Source: Catajapyx aquilonaris
Taxonomy: Eukaryota
Reading direction: 5' to 3'
Length of the DNA stretch: 64,000 nt
NCBI GenBank assembly: GCA_000934665.2
Contig: JYFJ02000731.1
Coordinates: 1 to 64,000 of the forward strand
Below, piece by piece: positions 1-13,174 of this stretch. Both the position numbers and the translations under genes were made by a program. The notes beneath the pieces are model-generated. The model worked only from the letters and a program-made list of their open reading frames with translations. It did not search any database and was not told the origin of the DNA. Numbering within the stretch: position 1 is the first letter of the stretch; each line of letters starts with the position of its first letter.

Positions 1-377
1 GGGGGGGGAAAGCAGTGTTGTCAAAATTTGGCAACTGGTGCTAGGCCTTCGGATTGTAATTTTAGGTGGTCTAAAGTACGTTTTTAATATTTTTTATAAT
101 GCTTTTTTTAAAAGTCAACTGCAACCGGTTTTTGACCGAACAAAAACCGAAATGACGCACGGTATGGTATCGAACGACTGAATTTGTACAACAAACGCCC
201 CCGGACATTTTCTTGTATGGAAAATGTGCAGTGCCAATCCCTTCTGTGATTGAACGGAAGAGGACTGGTGTCCGACGCCCCGTCAATTTCCCAGCGTGGA
301 TCATCCCGTCCGTTGTCGTCCAAATGCTCTGGAGCTCCCATTCGGTTCAAGGAGTCCCTGCGCGTGCCTGGCAGGGT

Positions 378-464
378 GCCCAGATGATCTTCGGTGGTCC
401 GGGGTGCAGGCTTCAAACCTGTAGCTGACTGACGTCAGAGTGGTTCGATTCCACCTTCTGGGCG
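378..464 (+). tRNA. tRNA-Sec: tRNA-Sec (selenocysteine), anticodon TCA
   Basis: 87-nt GCCCAGATGATCTTCGGTGGTCCGGGGTGCAGGCTTCAAACCTGTAGCTGACTGACGTCAGAGTGGTTCGATTCCACCTTCTGGGCG. GCCCAGA/TCTGGGC acceptor pairing, discriminator G, 6-bp D stem, TGCAGG/CCTGTA anticodon stem with TCA at 413-415, long variable arm (CTGAC/GTCAG), 4-bp T stem. Closely matches the metazoan tRNA-Sec sequence. T-runs at about 497-508 could terminate Pol III. Confidence 0.97.
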
Positions 465-559
465 ATCTGGCAACACTGGCATTAACTAACAATCTGTTTT
501 TGCTTTTTCATTGGTCCGAAAAGAGGGATACCCCGGCCGCGATTGGCCAATTCATGAAC

Positions 560-958
560 TGCTGGAACGTGTAAACTCAGCATGCTATCGGATGTAACTA
601 TTAGAATCGTCAATTACTGAGATTTTTTTTTTTTGCGTCCCCTAAGCTGCTTTTGAAGCTTTGTGGAGATGAACACTTTTCTCTGTCGCTCTCTAGAAGC
701 GTTAAAGTAGCTGTATGAAGATTCTAAAGTCGATTCGCACGACTGCAAAATTCCTGGCAAATTTATGCTGCTGGAACGTGTAAACTCTGTGCTATCGACT
801 GTAAACTACTAAAATCATCCATTACTGATATCTTCTAAAGCCGGCTTTTTTTCTGTCTCGCAAGCTTTAGAAGCGTCCAACGAGCTTTTGAAGCTAAGTG
901 AACACCGCTGAGGTAAAAAAGGAGAAACAAAAAAAGCCGCCTGATTCACACGCTAGCT

Positions 959-1011
<53 letters not shown>

Positions 1012-1520
1012 CAAGCTTTAGAAGCTTTAGAACTTGCTTTAGACGCATTATGTAGTTTCTACAGGGCCGAGGTAATAAGGCCGAGTCACGCACCCGCTTT
1101 TTCTCTCTCAAGCTCTAGAAGCGTAAAACTATCTTTGGAAGCTCTGTGAACAGCGGTTAGGTAAATAAAAAGAAGAAGAAAAAAGCGGATTCACACGGCC
1201 GCTTTTTTCTCTTTCAAGCTTTAGAAGCTTTAACGGAGCTTTAGAACTTGCTTTAGAAGCTACATGAAGCTGTAGAAGGAACATGAAGCTGTGGAAGCTA
1301 CATGTAGCTGTAGAAGCTACATGAAGCTTCTAAAGCAAGTTCTAAAGCTACGTTACAGCTTCTACAGCGCTGAGGTAAAAATGCCGATTCACACGCCCAC
1401 TTTCTCTCAAGCTTTAGAAGCGTCAAACGAGCGTGTGAAGCTTTGTGAACAGCGCTGAGGTGTTTTTTTAAAAAAAAAACCAAAAGAGTCGATTCACACT
1501 ACCGCTTTTTCTCTCTGCTC
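560..1520. repeat. Degenerate AAGCTT/TAGAAGC-rich repeat tract with (CT)n microsatellite
   Basis: Recurrent caagctttagaagc and gattcacac units; (CT)n at about 963-1004. Lies just upstream of the splice acceptor before the MED30 ATG. Confidence 0.8.
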
Positions 1521-1530
1521 TCAACAATAG

Positions 1531-2409
1531 ATGTCTGGGACGCCTAACCCATACCAGGCAACAATGCGGCCGCCGTTTGGCAGCCCCGGCGGAGGTCCCT
1601 CGCTTGTCCCATCGGGTGGCGGACCATCCGGAGCTCCGCAGCCTGTGTTTGCTCCGACGCTGCCCTCGCCTGGGGGTGGCTCGACGCCGCAGCCACCCTC
1701 GTCGCAGCAGCCTCCGACCCCACAGCCCATCCCGTCGCCAACACCGTCGACTGCTGCACCATCTCCGGCTCCCACAAACGCAACTCCGTCCCCTGCACCT
1801 CCGCAGGCAGGACCAGCTCCTGCGCCGCCTCCGCCGCCGCCACCGCCACCATCACAGCAGCAAAAGGAGATCAACACGGCGTCTCTCTGCAGACTGGGCC
1901 AGGAGACGGTGCAGGAGATTGTGAGCCGCACCCAGGAGGTGTTCCAGGCACTGAAGGCCATGCAGCCACCAAACGGCACAGCTTCAGGAGCGACCGGTAG
2001 TGCGGAGAAGAAGTCAAAGCTCCAGGAGCAGCTGAGGAGCATCCGGATGCTCTTCAAGCGGCTCAGGCTTATTTACGATAAGTGCGATGAGAACTATCAG
2101 GTAATGAAGTGTGCGGTTTACATTATTATATGGAAACACATCATTGCGGCTAGATGTTAATTTTTATTTATTTTACAGGGCACTGAATACACTCATATTG
2201 AGAGTTTGATACCGTTGAGAGAGGATTTGGTCGAAGGAAAGGCTCAGGATGAGAGGAAGAACTCGGAGGCGTACAGGATAGCCTGCGAGGAGAATCGTGA
2301 GATTGTGGACCAGATAATGATAAGGAACAGGCATCTCAAGGAAATCATAGATCACCTCAGGGCCATCATTTGGGATATTAACACCATGTTGGCAATGAGG
2401 AGGGTGTGA
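1531..2409 (+). CDS. MED30: Mediator complex subunit 30 (2 coding exons: 1531-2100, 2179-2409)
   Basis: EINTASLCRLGQETVQEIVSRTQEVFQ..QPPNGT, KRLRLIYDKC, GTEYTHIESLIPL and C-terminal IIWDINTMLAMR match MED30; Pro-rich N-terminal extension; canonical GT-AG intron. Confidence 0.95.
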
Positions 2410-3399
2410 ACTACGCCAGGACTTAATTTGTGTTGCGTGTATCTGTACTGTTGTACACCACTTTGGTGAAAAGTCATATCTGTGGATATGCGAGCTGCTT
2501 TGCTTTATGAGGTAAAAATATTTCTACCCCAACGCATAGGGATGTGCTCACTTCAAATGTTTCTACGTATAGTCCCAAATGCATCATATGTTGCTTTACG
2601 CGTGTTCTTAATCGTCAATATTTCTGTCGGTTTTTGCAATTTCAAATCTGCCGGTAAGTTGATACCAGTTGTCCAGAATATGAATCTGAAACTTGGCAGT
2701 CAATTTGTCAATTGATAATGCTGTATAAATACATACGTTATGTAATTTTTAAAAAAACACATTTTTTAAACTCCTGACTATTTTTTTTCAGGGTGATATG
2801 CCACATTTGGAAGCACGTGATGCAGTTGGCTCATGCAATTAAATTTTACTAGTTCATGTAGCATCAGCGCAGCCGTAAAAAGTAGCATCTCAAATTATAC
2901 AATCTATAATATTAATATGATTATATTAGTAAATGGGTCGCATTGAACTGAAATTATTTCTCTGCAGCTATGAATTATACTGTTCTTATTGAGATTGCAC
3001 AGTACTGCTGTACAACGACATCACTCCTGCCTATTGTTACCTCATTCACAACAATGAAAGCAATCCTGGGCCTTTTATGAGGCTAAAACTTATCATTTTT
3101 TCCATAAAATTTGAAAAAAAAAACCCGCCGTTTTGCTACAATCTGGCAACGCTGAATGACGTCACGGAATGCGACTTGAACGTGTAAACGGTATATTTGT
3201 GCTAACACATGCTAGTTTTAGAACCAATAGGAGAGCAGATCGGAGCATGTTCACCCAATCGAATGCGATCGACATGCGCGCCATCTGATATCCGGCAGCC
3301 CGAAGCTGGCCTGAGGCTCACCCGGGAAGTGTCCGACCCGTGTCGTACTACAGGTTGGTCCAGTCCGCGTGGTCATTCATTCATCAACTTCGAAGGGCC

Positions 3400-6300
3400 A
3401 TGTCCTGGCGACACCGGTCCGCCTTCAGCCCAGGGGCCGACCTGCTGGCCCACGCAGGAGTGGACGGCCGCCTCAGGATATGGGACACCGCCAGCGGACG
3501 CCTCAAGCAGGAGTACACTCCTAGCGGGCACTTGGCCACCTCCTACTCCTGTGTGGCATGGGTCTCTCCATCGGACAGGGTGAGTACACAGGGGTTTGTA
3601 CTTAGCCAAAGTACTTGACCAGTCGGTGCAAGCAAAAAATGTAGAGGGGAGAAATGTCGTGGGACCAACAGGTCATGAGATAGTCAATGAGATACACTTG
3701 CGACAACACTTCGTCATCATTATTTAATTTATATATTTATTTATTATGTATTAAATGTATACACATTGTATATTTATTAACTGTGTATTAAATGTATACA
3801 CATTGTATATTTCCAGCTGGGTTAGCTTGCATCTCCCTTCATCGCTGACTACCCCTCATAGGGAAATGTCGTGATGTTGTTGTTGTTGTTGTTGTATAGT
3901 GTTTATGTATATACACATTTGTTTATTTATTTGTTATATTTACATATTTATTTGTTATATTTACATATTTATTAGCTATAATTACATATTTATTAGCTAT
4001 AATTACACATTAAATTTACATATTAGTTATAATTACATATTTATTAGTTATAATTACATATTTATTAGCTATAATTACACATTAAATTTACATATTAGCT
4101 ATAATTACATATTTATTAGCTATAATTACACATTTATTAGCTATAATTACATATTAAATTCACATATTAGTTATAATTACATATTTATTAGCTATAATTA
4201 CATGTTTGTTTAGTTATTAGCTATAATTACACGTTTGTTTAGTTATTAGTTATATTTACATATTTATTAGCTATAATTACATATTTGTTTAGTTATTAGT
4301 TATATTCACATATTTATTAGCTATAATTACATACTTATTAGCTATAATTACATATTTATTAGCTATAATTACATATTTATTGGCTATAATTACATGTTTG
4401 TTTAGTTATTAGCTATAATTACATGTTTGTTTAGTTATTAGTTATATTTACATATTTATTAGCTATAATTACATATTTATTAGTTATAATTGCATATTTA
4501 TTATTTTTACGTAAATTTAAGTCGACGTGTTATTTTGTTTATTCTTGTATTGATATTTATTTTATTTGTCGCCACATTTTGTTTCAGAGGAGAGGTGAGC
4601 AGCTTATCCTGGGCGGAGTGAATGGAACTCTGTCCTTGTACCGTCTCTCTCACGGGGATGTCAAACTGGTGACCGCCAGAGGTCACGCCCGGGTCGTGGC
4701 CTGCCTGAGCTGGTCGCAGGAACATAAGTGCGTGTATTCGGGAGGGAACGACTGCCACCTGTTGAGATGGGACCTCAAGTCGCAGGATGTTAAGACGTAC
4801 GATCTTGATGATGGATGATAAATGTTTATATTTTAATTGTATGCGCGCGCCATTTTTACAGGCGGTGGAAGGCTGGGAAGGAGACCATATCTGCCGTCTT
4901 GTGCGTACCTGGCGGACCATGGCTACTGTCCGCAAGTAGAGGGATCACCTTGTGGGACACGGACAAACAGGAGGCCATCAGGAACTATGTGGGGCACGCC
5001 AATCCGGTTGCCCAGCTGGGATGGGCCAAGGGTTTCTGCCTGTCCGTGGCCGCAGGGGAAAGAGTGGTCAACGCATGGGAAGTGGCAATTGCGGGGGACA
5101 AAAAGGGGAAGAAGACGGCCCACACTTCGTTCACGCTGACGGACGAACCGACGTTTATGCACACGCAAGCATCGGGTACCTCAGGCGACATATGGATGGC
5201 CGTCGTCACCAGGATTGGAGCTCTGCAAGTGTTTGACCATCAGATTACGGGGTAAGTCACAATCTGATTGAAGCCATCGCGATTATTGAAACCCAACTTT
5301 TCAGCCCATCCAAGAAGCCAGTGAAGCCGTCGGCCAACATCCACATTGTTATGGATACTACTGGAACGTCTGAACCTGCGAGGCCAATACCGGTTCAAGC
5401 TATTACCAGTGACGGGGAGGGGAAAGCAAGGACCGTTCATGTGGTGTACGGAAACTATCTGCATCCCATCTTTGAAAAACTGGTAAATCTGTGAGCATCG
5501 GAACTTCATTTGTCACTTTTGTGTAACATTACGTGATATTTCAGAAGTCTCGATCTCTGGCGGATAACACGTGCCTGATCCGCAAGCCAGCCTTCAGCGA
5601 ATCGGTAGGAGACACCAGAGTGAGCAAGGTTAAGGCGACTGATGTCTCCAAAGGGGCTGCCCATCTTGCTCCGGGTTACATGTCGTCCGGTTTGGGTCCG
5701 ACTGGAAGAGGGAAACGGAAGATGACAAGTTCCAGCTGCGATATACCCATGGAGAGCAGGTAGATGCTGCTGATACTGAAATTACGACAATATGTAATGT
5801 AATATTTGCAGGAGCGAGCTGGCTAAGGGTGCAATGGGAGGAAGCGTCGGCCAGGAAGGTATGGCCCAGCTGTTGGTTCAAGGACTGAGGAGCCAAGACG
5901 TCGAGCTGATAAGGACTGTGTTCAAAATGGACAGCGAACAGACCATAGTTCAGACGCTTCAGAGGGTGCCGATTCAAGCTATCCTGCCGCTCCTAACGAG
6001 GCTGAAAAGTGTCGTCGAGGAAGGATCTAAAGCGTGAGCGACGGACGGAATTTCAATGTGACAAAAATCAAGCATTGTGCTTTTTTTTATTTATTTTCAG
6101 AGGTGTGATCCACTTAAAATGGCTTCGTTATCTTCTCCAAATTCATTCTTCGTACCTTGCGACTTGTCCGGAGGCGGAAGACCTTCTGTGCTCTCTCTGG
6201 TCCATCCTGGAAGCTCGGACAAGTACCTTTGTTGACTTAACACTTCTGAAAGGTATATTGGAGTTCACTTCAAGCCAACCCATTTATGAGGGAGAGCCTG

Positions 6301-6610
6301 AGGAGTTCCAACCATTGCACACATTCAAAGCACGTAAGTAGTTGCGTTCTATCGGATTTAAAGGGTTCGACTGAAACGCTTCTTTATTGCAGCTTCGGAT
6401 GACGAAGTCGACATGGAGAGCTTGGACAAAGGTTATGCAATGCCAGACAGTGACAAGTCTGATTCTGATGACGACGACGCGTCCGATTCCGAAGGCGATG
6501 ACGACGAGGTTGAGGAGGGCTCGGAGAACTCCAATGAATCGAATAAGGAAGAGCAAGAGAGTGAAAATAGTGAGGAAGACGACAGTTCCTCATCCGATGA
6601 AGAAGGTTAA
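3400..6610 (+). CDS. WDR43: WD repeat protein 43 / UTP5 (multi-exon)
   Basis: N-terminal AFSP..DGRLRIWDT..LKQEYTPSGHL, WD repeats (GHARVV, GHANPV), Utp12-like helical region (QLLVQGLRSQD..WLRYLLQIHSSYL) and a D/E/S-rich acidic tail ending TAA at 6610. Confidence 0.9.
3900..4505. repeat. AT-rich intronic minisatellite, about 21-bp unit (tattagctataattacatatt)
   Basis: Tandem copies visible directly inside WDR43 intron 1. Confidence 0.95.
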
Positions 6611-6977
6611 TTTTCATATTAGCAAAATATTTATAATAAAAACACCCTTGCTTTATATCAGGCGGCAGTTTCTTTTGTGGTACACATTGCTTTCTAGGTT
6701 GTTAATTTTATCATACCTCAACTTGGACAGAACGTCCTATAATAATTCATAAGGGTGCAGTAGCGAAATAATTGTTCAGATTTAGCGAAAACACGTTTTA
6801 TTTTTTATGCAAGTAATGAGTAAGGCAGTGGCGTATAGTACATTGTTAGCCAGGCAAATGTTGAAAATATTACAATTGTGGCACAAACGTTTGCCGAGTT
6901 GACTTTTTACCCAATTTATCGTACATGGCTACAGGTTTTGGATTGCGAAGAGTATTGGACGAAATATTACGTGAAGA

Positions 6978-8474
6978 CTAGAACCCCGATGCGTGCATGA
7001 TGGACAGATGCAGGTACTTGTGCTGCGGTATGTCTCGCAGGAACGTTTCGACATCCGTTGCACTCTCCACGCATGAACCGACAAACCTGAAGTGTTTATC
7101 ACGAGCTGAAATGCGTCATGTGTATATTAGAGCAACGAATAGTTGCTGCCATGAATTATCTCACCGGTCAGATTGATGCAATACATGTTCCGCTTCAGAG
7201 CCTGGAAAATCGTCTCGAGAGGTTCAGTCGGCACATGAGATCTGAGTACGTCGTGAGCAGAGAGCATGGCGTGCATTCGCCTTGTCCAATCAGGCTCGTC
7301 TAAAGGCATCGAAAATTTCTGAGTGAAAGTCCGTTCTGATCCTTCCGGTCTGAAGATGACCGACACCAAACGGCAGTTCAGTTGATCAGTCTGCGATGCT
7401 GATGCACTTGCAGTGTTATTAGTGCCGAGTGTGTTGGGCATTGGTCGCAGCCGTACTTGATGGCCTGCAGGTGGACGTGTTGCGGTGATGGCAACTTTGA
7501 GAGCATCGCACAACATCCAAATCTTGTCGTCACTCTGCGGAAAAAAATTTGAGAATGTTAAACCTTGTGTTTAAACGTATATAGTCTGAAATTATCACTC
7601 TTGTTAGTTGCTGATCCATGATGGTCAACTTCTCGTCAAACAACTTCCGTTCAATGCTATTTTCTCGAAGCAGCATTTCGCATCTGACTTCACTCGTCGC
7701 TGCCTTCACTTCCTCTCTCTGCCGAGCCTCTTCAGTCTTATGCAATCGTTCATGCAGATTTTGCAGTTGACTCGCCTGAAGTTAAGAGTGCTACAATATA
7801 TTGTATGTCCCGCCAGAAATTTAATTGCGTCGTACCAGTTCCTGCGTCTCCTTCTCTGATATTTCCAACTGCTGCCGTATTGACTCATACTTTTCTTGCA
7901 GCTCCTTCGCTCTTGAATCACCATTGTTCCGCACACCCGAATTTTGCAGGTCGTTATAGACCCGCAAGTCTTTCAGCACCTTGCTCTTCAAAGAAGTGAT
8001 CTCCGACCTCTGTTTTTCAGACGGTTAAAATTAGTTCATTAAAAAAGATGAGTCCACATGTGTGCATACCTGCTGATGAAGACGGGCTTCTTTCGCTCCT
8101 ATGTTATCCGTCAAAGAGTGAATGTCAACATGCGAGGGAGTGATTCTGGGTTGTCGCTCCGAAAGGGTTGGCTGCGATCCTTCCACGTTGGTGACTCCGC
8201 TGCAAAGATCTATTGTTAGACACCGAAGACTGTAGCTTCTATAGCCGAATGCAACGTCTGCTCCTTCCCGGAAAAAAAAACTGCCTTATTTTATGTAAAA
8301 GACCCGATAAGTGTACTGTGGTACATTTTCCTAAAAATAGTACGCCCATTTAATTATTAACATAATTGCAAATTGCTTTCTAGTTGCCGAAAAAAATGTA
8401 TGGTAACGACTTATTCCACATGCACACCACAGTAATTGCTCCTTGACTAATAATAATTGCCCAACTTACAACAT
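6978..8474 (-). CDS. Coiled-coil + PB1-like protein, paralogue A
   Basis: Spliced by eye: putative micro-exon ATGTT|gtaagt (8474-8470), exons encoding ..LQNLHERLHKTEEARQREEVKAATSEV.., SDDKIWMLCDAL..LVSVIFRPEGSERTF.., and final ARDKHFRFVGSCVESATDVETFLRDIPQHKYLHLSIMHASGF*. Aligns by eye with paralogues C and D. Start codon uncertain. Confidence 0.65.
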
Positions 8475-9826
8475 GACAAAATCAGATTATAAAAGTAGTT
8501 ATTGCACTTCCAAAAAAAATTTCCTGCTTCAAAATTATGCAAAAAAAATCTAATTTTGAAGCAATAGCACAACATTTAGGTCCAGTTGTATGAGCATGTG
8601 GTTAACGACAGTTTAACTTCTTAACTGACGTCCATACTTACCGGAGCAATCTGGAGGTAAAATACGCCATTAATCAGTCGGATGTGCATGTGACATAAAC
8701 CTATATTAAATAATGCAATTTTAACCGAGATTTTAAAAAAATATTATTCTCGACTGATCAGCAAACTGATATGACGAAACCTCGGCTGGGTTAAAAAACC
8801 TGCCCAAAACTTTTGGTGAAATTAATTTTAAATGCTCATTTTTATGTGTGAATGACTCTTATGCCAATTAGTAATTATTCTCACTTTTTTTTAACAATTT
8901 AAAAAAAAAAGTAATTTAACAGGTCTGTACTGTGCACTGTACAAATTGAAACTGATTTCCAAACACTCTCTTGGGAGGTTCCCGCTGCTAAACGCAGACG
9001 AAGAGGATTGGTTGGCAGACAACCAAAGAGTTGACGCTAATAGTGAAATATGACATATACATGTAAAATTATCTGTAAAAGAATATTTTAATTCGAAAAT
9101 TACTCTTGTAGGGTTCAGAAGTGTACGGATTGATTTGTGAGTAATGTGCATTATTTCAACCACATTTTTATTGTAATAAAAAAATACATTAAGCCCATAT
9201 ACACAATGCCCTTGAAATTATTGTGGACATTGTAATTATATTGTTATTTAATTGTGGCGCAACTATTTTTGGACACTCCTGTGGGCAGTATTCCAAGCCA
9301 TTGAACCTGATATTTTCATGGCTTTATAGCCCAGCCATTGGTTAGTGTCTATCTGCGGGGAAATCCTCCTCCTAAATAAACTACAGGAAATGAGGTCATA
9401 GGTCAGGCGACACAGACGGTGATAAACAATCCAATAATAGCTTATTGCAGGCCTTTTTCCTTCTGGTAGCCACATTTAGGACATAAAACCTGGCACATAA
9501 CTATATCATTATATATGCTTTTAATGACAAATTAACAGTCATTTACACCTGGAACTGGACCCGGTCCACCTTGGAATAATTTATGGCAATCGATCTATAG
9601 TACCCTCCAAACGACGACATTGTGCTCAATTTTTTTGGTTTTCATTTAAATAATTTTTATTATATCCTTTGGCAGCGACCTTGTCCTTATTTCCAAGCCT
9701 GGCCGTATGACGGATTATTTGAAGTACTTGGCGCAACTAAGCGAGTTGCACTTTCTCAGTATCGAAGCAGCTGGAGACGGGAGAGGTTCATTCATCACGA
9801 GGTTTTAATTAGTCACCGACGAAGCA

Positions 9827-12058
9827 ATGAGCAAGTAAGTACATTCACACGATATAATTATTATTAACATAATTATATTTTGGAAGGGGATGGGGAGGAA
9901 AAAAAGTAAGGAAAACGGATTGTTTACGCCAGCAACCGGGTGTTTTAAGTGTCATTTATAGTAATATGATATTGAAAAAAAAATTAAAATCGGTTTTAGC
10001 TTGTACTGGTGTATTTTTTTTTTTGGTTCAAAACTTAAAAACCACTTTTTTTTTGCACTTTTATTGCTAATTAAAATTTTGACAAGTTGCAATTTTTCTT
10101 GACATAATATGATGGGTGATTTTTACATGTGCACTTATTAATTAAAAACTGCAATATATGACCCAAATAATTGCATTTCCCCAATATGTTTTGATAACAA
10201 GTAAACTGATTTTTTAAAAAATAAGCAGCCCCCCCCCCCCCTGCAATATCTGACTGTTACATGGACATGAAGTTCTCTGTATATGATTATTAATTAATGT
10301 TATTTAATTTTTTAAGAGTGGATGATGAGGTGAGGCGTCTGAAGAGGGAAGTGGACAGCTTGACCAGGTCACTGCGAGATGTGGACGACAGGTTCAGGGA
10401 CATCCGAAAAGCATGTGAGGATTCTGCTTCGAGTCAGCGAAGAGAGTTGGACCACTTGAGAAAGGATGTGGTGGATCAACGGATACGAGACAAGACCGAG
10501 ATACGAGAAGCTCTGGTAATGTTTGTATAGGTGATGACCCACTTGCTTGAATATTGCAACGTTGGCAACTACCCTTTTAGAGCACTGGAGTTCGTGACGT
10601 TGATGACCTGAAGAGGCAGGTGGCTTCCTTATCGTCAAATGCTTCGTACGACTATGGACCAGCCAAGCAAAAGGTGAGCTTCTGATTAATGGGACACAGG
10701 ACATAACGAGTTGATTAATGACCCGAGTTTTTAACAATTAAATTTAGAAGGAAAAGCAGCACCATTCTGATGTGACAGGTACTTCTAAAAGTTGGGGCAG
10801 TTACATTCCCATCGGCAACCCTTTTTCATCGTCTTCCAGTTCGTCTTCAACTGACCTGTGAGTTATAATAATATCTGACATAATAATTGGATATATTTTT
10901 TAAACTGCTTCTTGGTGTTAACTACAGGTTAAAAGCAGAAGTCCGCTCGCTGACCACCTTTGTGTATGAAATGAATAAAACGGTTGAAGACATGAAACAT
11001 GAGCATAATTTGATGACACTGGAAAGAGGAAAATTTGAGAGCAGAATTGACGAAATTGCTAACCAGGTAATGCGTCTCATGTTTTGACCAATTGTACCAA
11101 CTGCAATGTCCACTTTACGTTTCAGACCAACTTGAAATTCATGGAATTATCAGCACAAATCACGGGGTTGAAGGCGAAGCAGCACCAGCAGGGTTTGGCT
11201 TTGGAGGAGGTCAAAAATGAAATGTCGATCATGAAAATGAGTCAAAAGCATGATGTTGAGCGACTCCAGGAAACTGTGCAGGACAAGTCGGAAGATAAAG
11301 TGACTGCGGTACGTGTGATCGATGGCCTTGGATGCTGCACCTTCGCCATGTCTTATGGTTATTAATTAATGTGTGACTAATTGTGTGATTATTTTCCAGT
11401 CTAAAGAGGCAAATGCCAAAATCAAGAAACTGCAAGAGCAAGTGCATAAGATGGAATTGGACATGGCTCGGCTGGATGCGGAGTGGAAATGCACTCAGGA
11501 AGTTTATACCAGGTCGCACGAACAGTCTGGTGCAGACGACAGGCCACATTTTTATAGCAAGGTGAGCAATGTTCCACAGCATCATGCGACCCACTGACTA
11601 TGTGTATGTTCAGCAGGGTACGCCAACTCACTCGAGTAAACACCCGAAGAACAAACCAGATCCCAACAAACTTGATGTGTACATCGAGGTTATAAACATG
11701 TCTGCCAATATGAATCATGGGACTGGCGGTGTGTCCAAACACTGCATCCGAGTGTCCAAAAGCAGGCTGCCCACACTGTCCGACCTGATGAATGAATTTG
11801 CCGGACTTGCTTTGCTTAAGAGCGACTATGGCCGTGTCCTCAATTCATGGGACACACTCAGAAACGACGGATACGCTCTATATTGGGAAGGTTAGTATTT
11901 GTTCACTCTAGCAACTGCGAACTGCTACATTCTTCGTGTGGTTTTCAGGCAACCTGGCTGATGAGGACATGAGACTGTTGGACGAAGAGAACATGAAAGG
12001 CGTGTTCCAAGAAGTGACGGAAGAGTCATCCGTCACGTTCAAGCTAATTAAGGATTAG
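9827..12058 (+). CDS. Coiled-coil + PB1-like protein, paralogue B
   Basis: Micro-exon ATGAGCAA|gtaagt, heptad-rich exons (VDDEVRRLKREVDSLTRSL.., LKAEVRSLTTFV..), C-terminal LDVYIEV..PTLSDLMNEF..GYALYWEG|NLADEDMRLLDEENMKGVFQ..VTFKLIKD*; aataaa downstream at about 12168. Confidence 0.7.
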
Positions 12059-13174
12059 TTTTGTGGCGGATTTGTAAAAATGAGAAAGATTCAATGTTAT
12101 TAAACGGAGTCATTACTATCAAGCATCACCTAACTATTATTTGTAACAGTGTATCGTTATACATTTAAATAAAACTGCTAACTGATTTACTACGATTTTG
12201 AATTTCATTACGACGGGAGTGAAATTAAAAGTGCGGCCATGTACTGCTCCATGGTTTGTACTGTATACGTCCATCTATATATTTCAGAAAAGCTTGCTCT
12301 ATGATTAGATAGCTTACGATATGGTGCGTTATCCCAGCCTTTCCTGGAAAATATTCTGCTTATCAGCGACTCGTTACATTTTTATAAAGTTGTTATCTTG
12401 CACTGTGAACATATCGGTACAGTATAAAGTGATCTGCTCAATAATTCACCTAGAAAATGTAAATTAGGAGACACTTTTTGACAGGATGATCTCATAGTCG
12501 TATGTTAGTTATTGCAATTCATTCACTGACGCCATTTGTCCCTTTTTAGCTTATGGTCATAAAATCTAGCAGCATTGCTTCTGATGAGTCATACAGTATG
12601 ACCATACGTGCAATCACTTGTGACCAATTTGTACTGTAGTGTGTAATGTTGGATACCCCTGATCATAGAGCATGTGATGCTGGAGCATTGCCAGCCAGAC
12701 ACAGTCTCTTTCTACTTCCCCTCAGGCTTTTCCGAGAAACAACTCGAGGGAGTTCCCCGCTCACCAATCATGTGATAAAAGACTATCTACGGTATATGTA
12801 TTTTGATATGCATAGCAAAGGTCCACAATAAACAGGTCGGAGTGGGGTGTGGCCGTCAATTGCTATTTATTTTTAACCATTTCTGCGCATTAAATTAATT
12901 ACTGCAATTATTTTTAATGTCCTCTAATATGAATTTTTTCCCCACACATTACCTGTCCTGGGCAACAATGACTTTTAAATGTCAATAACTTGTGAAATGA
13001 AATTATTGATTTCAAAAAAACCATGGATTTCAAATACACAATTTTATTCGATATAACTGACGTAACAAAACATGTGTCGTAATGTGCACCGCATGAGCAT
13101 TAAAGTCACTGGACAAATTATATATGGCAGTTAATGTCGATGAATTCATGCAAAATATAATTATTGCAGCCGTT

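Noticed and set aside
430..437. CRE palindrome TGACGTCA
   Set aside because: It lies within the tRNA-Sec variable arm.
71..492. Short ORFs at the window start
   Set aside because: No recognisable domain, and some overlap the tRNA-Sec gene.
11560..11615. Apparent frameshift between ORFs 11373-11597 and 11569-11895
   Set aside because: Explained by a ~52-nt GTGAGC...TTCAG intron.
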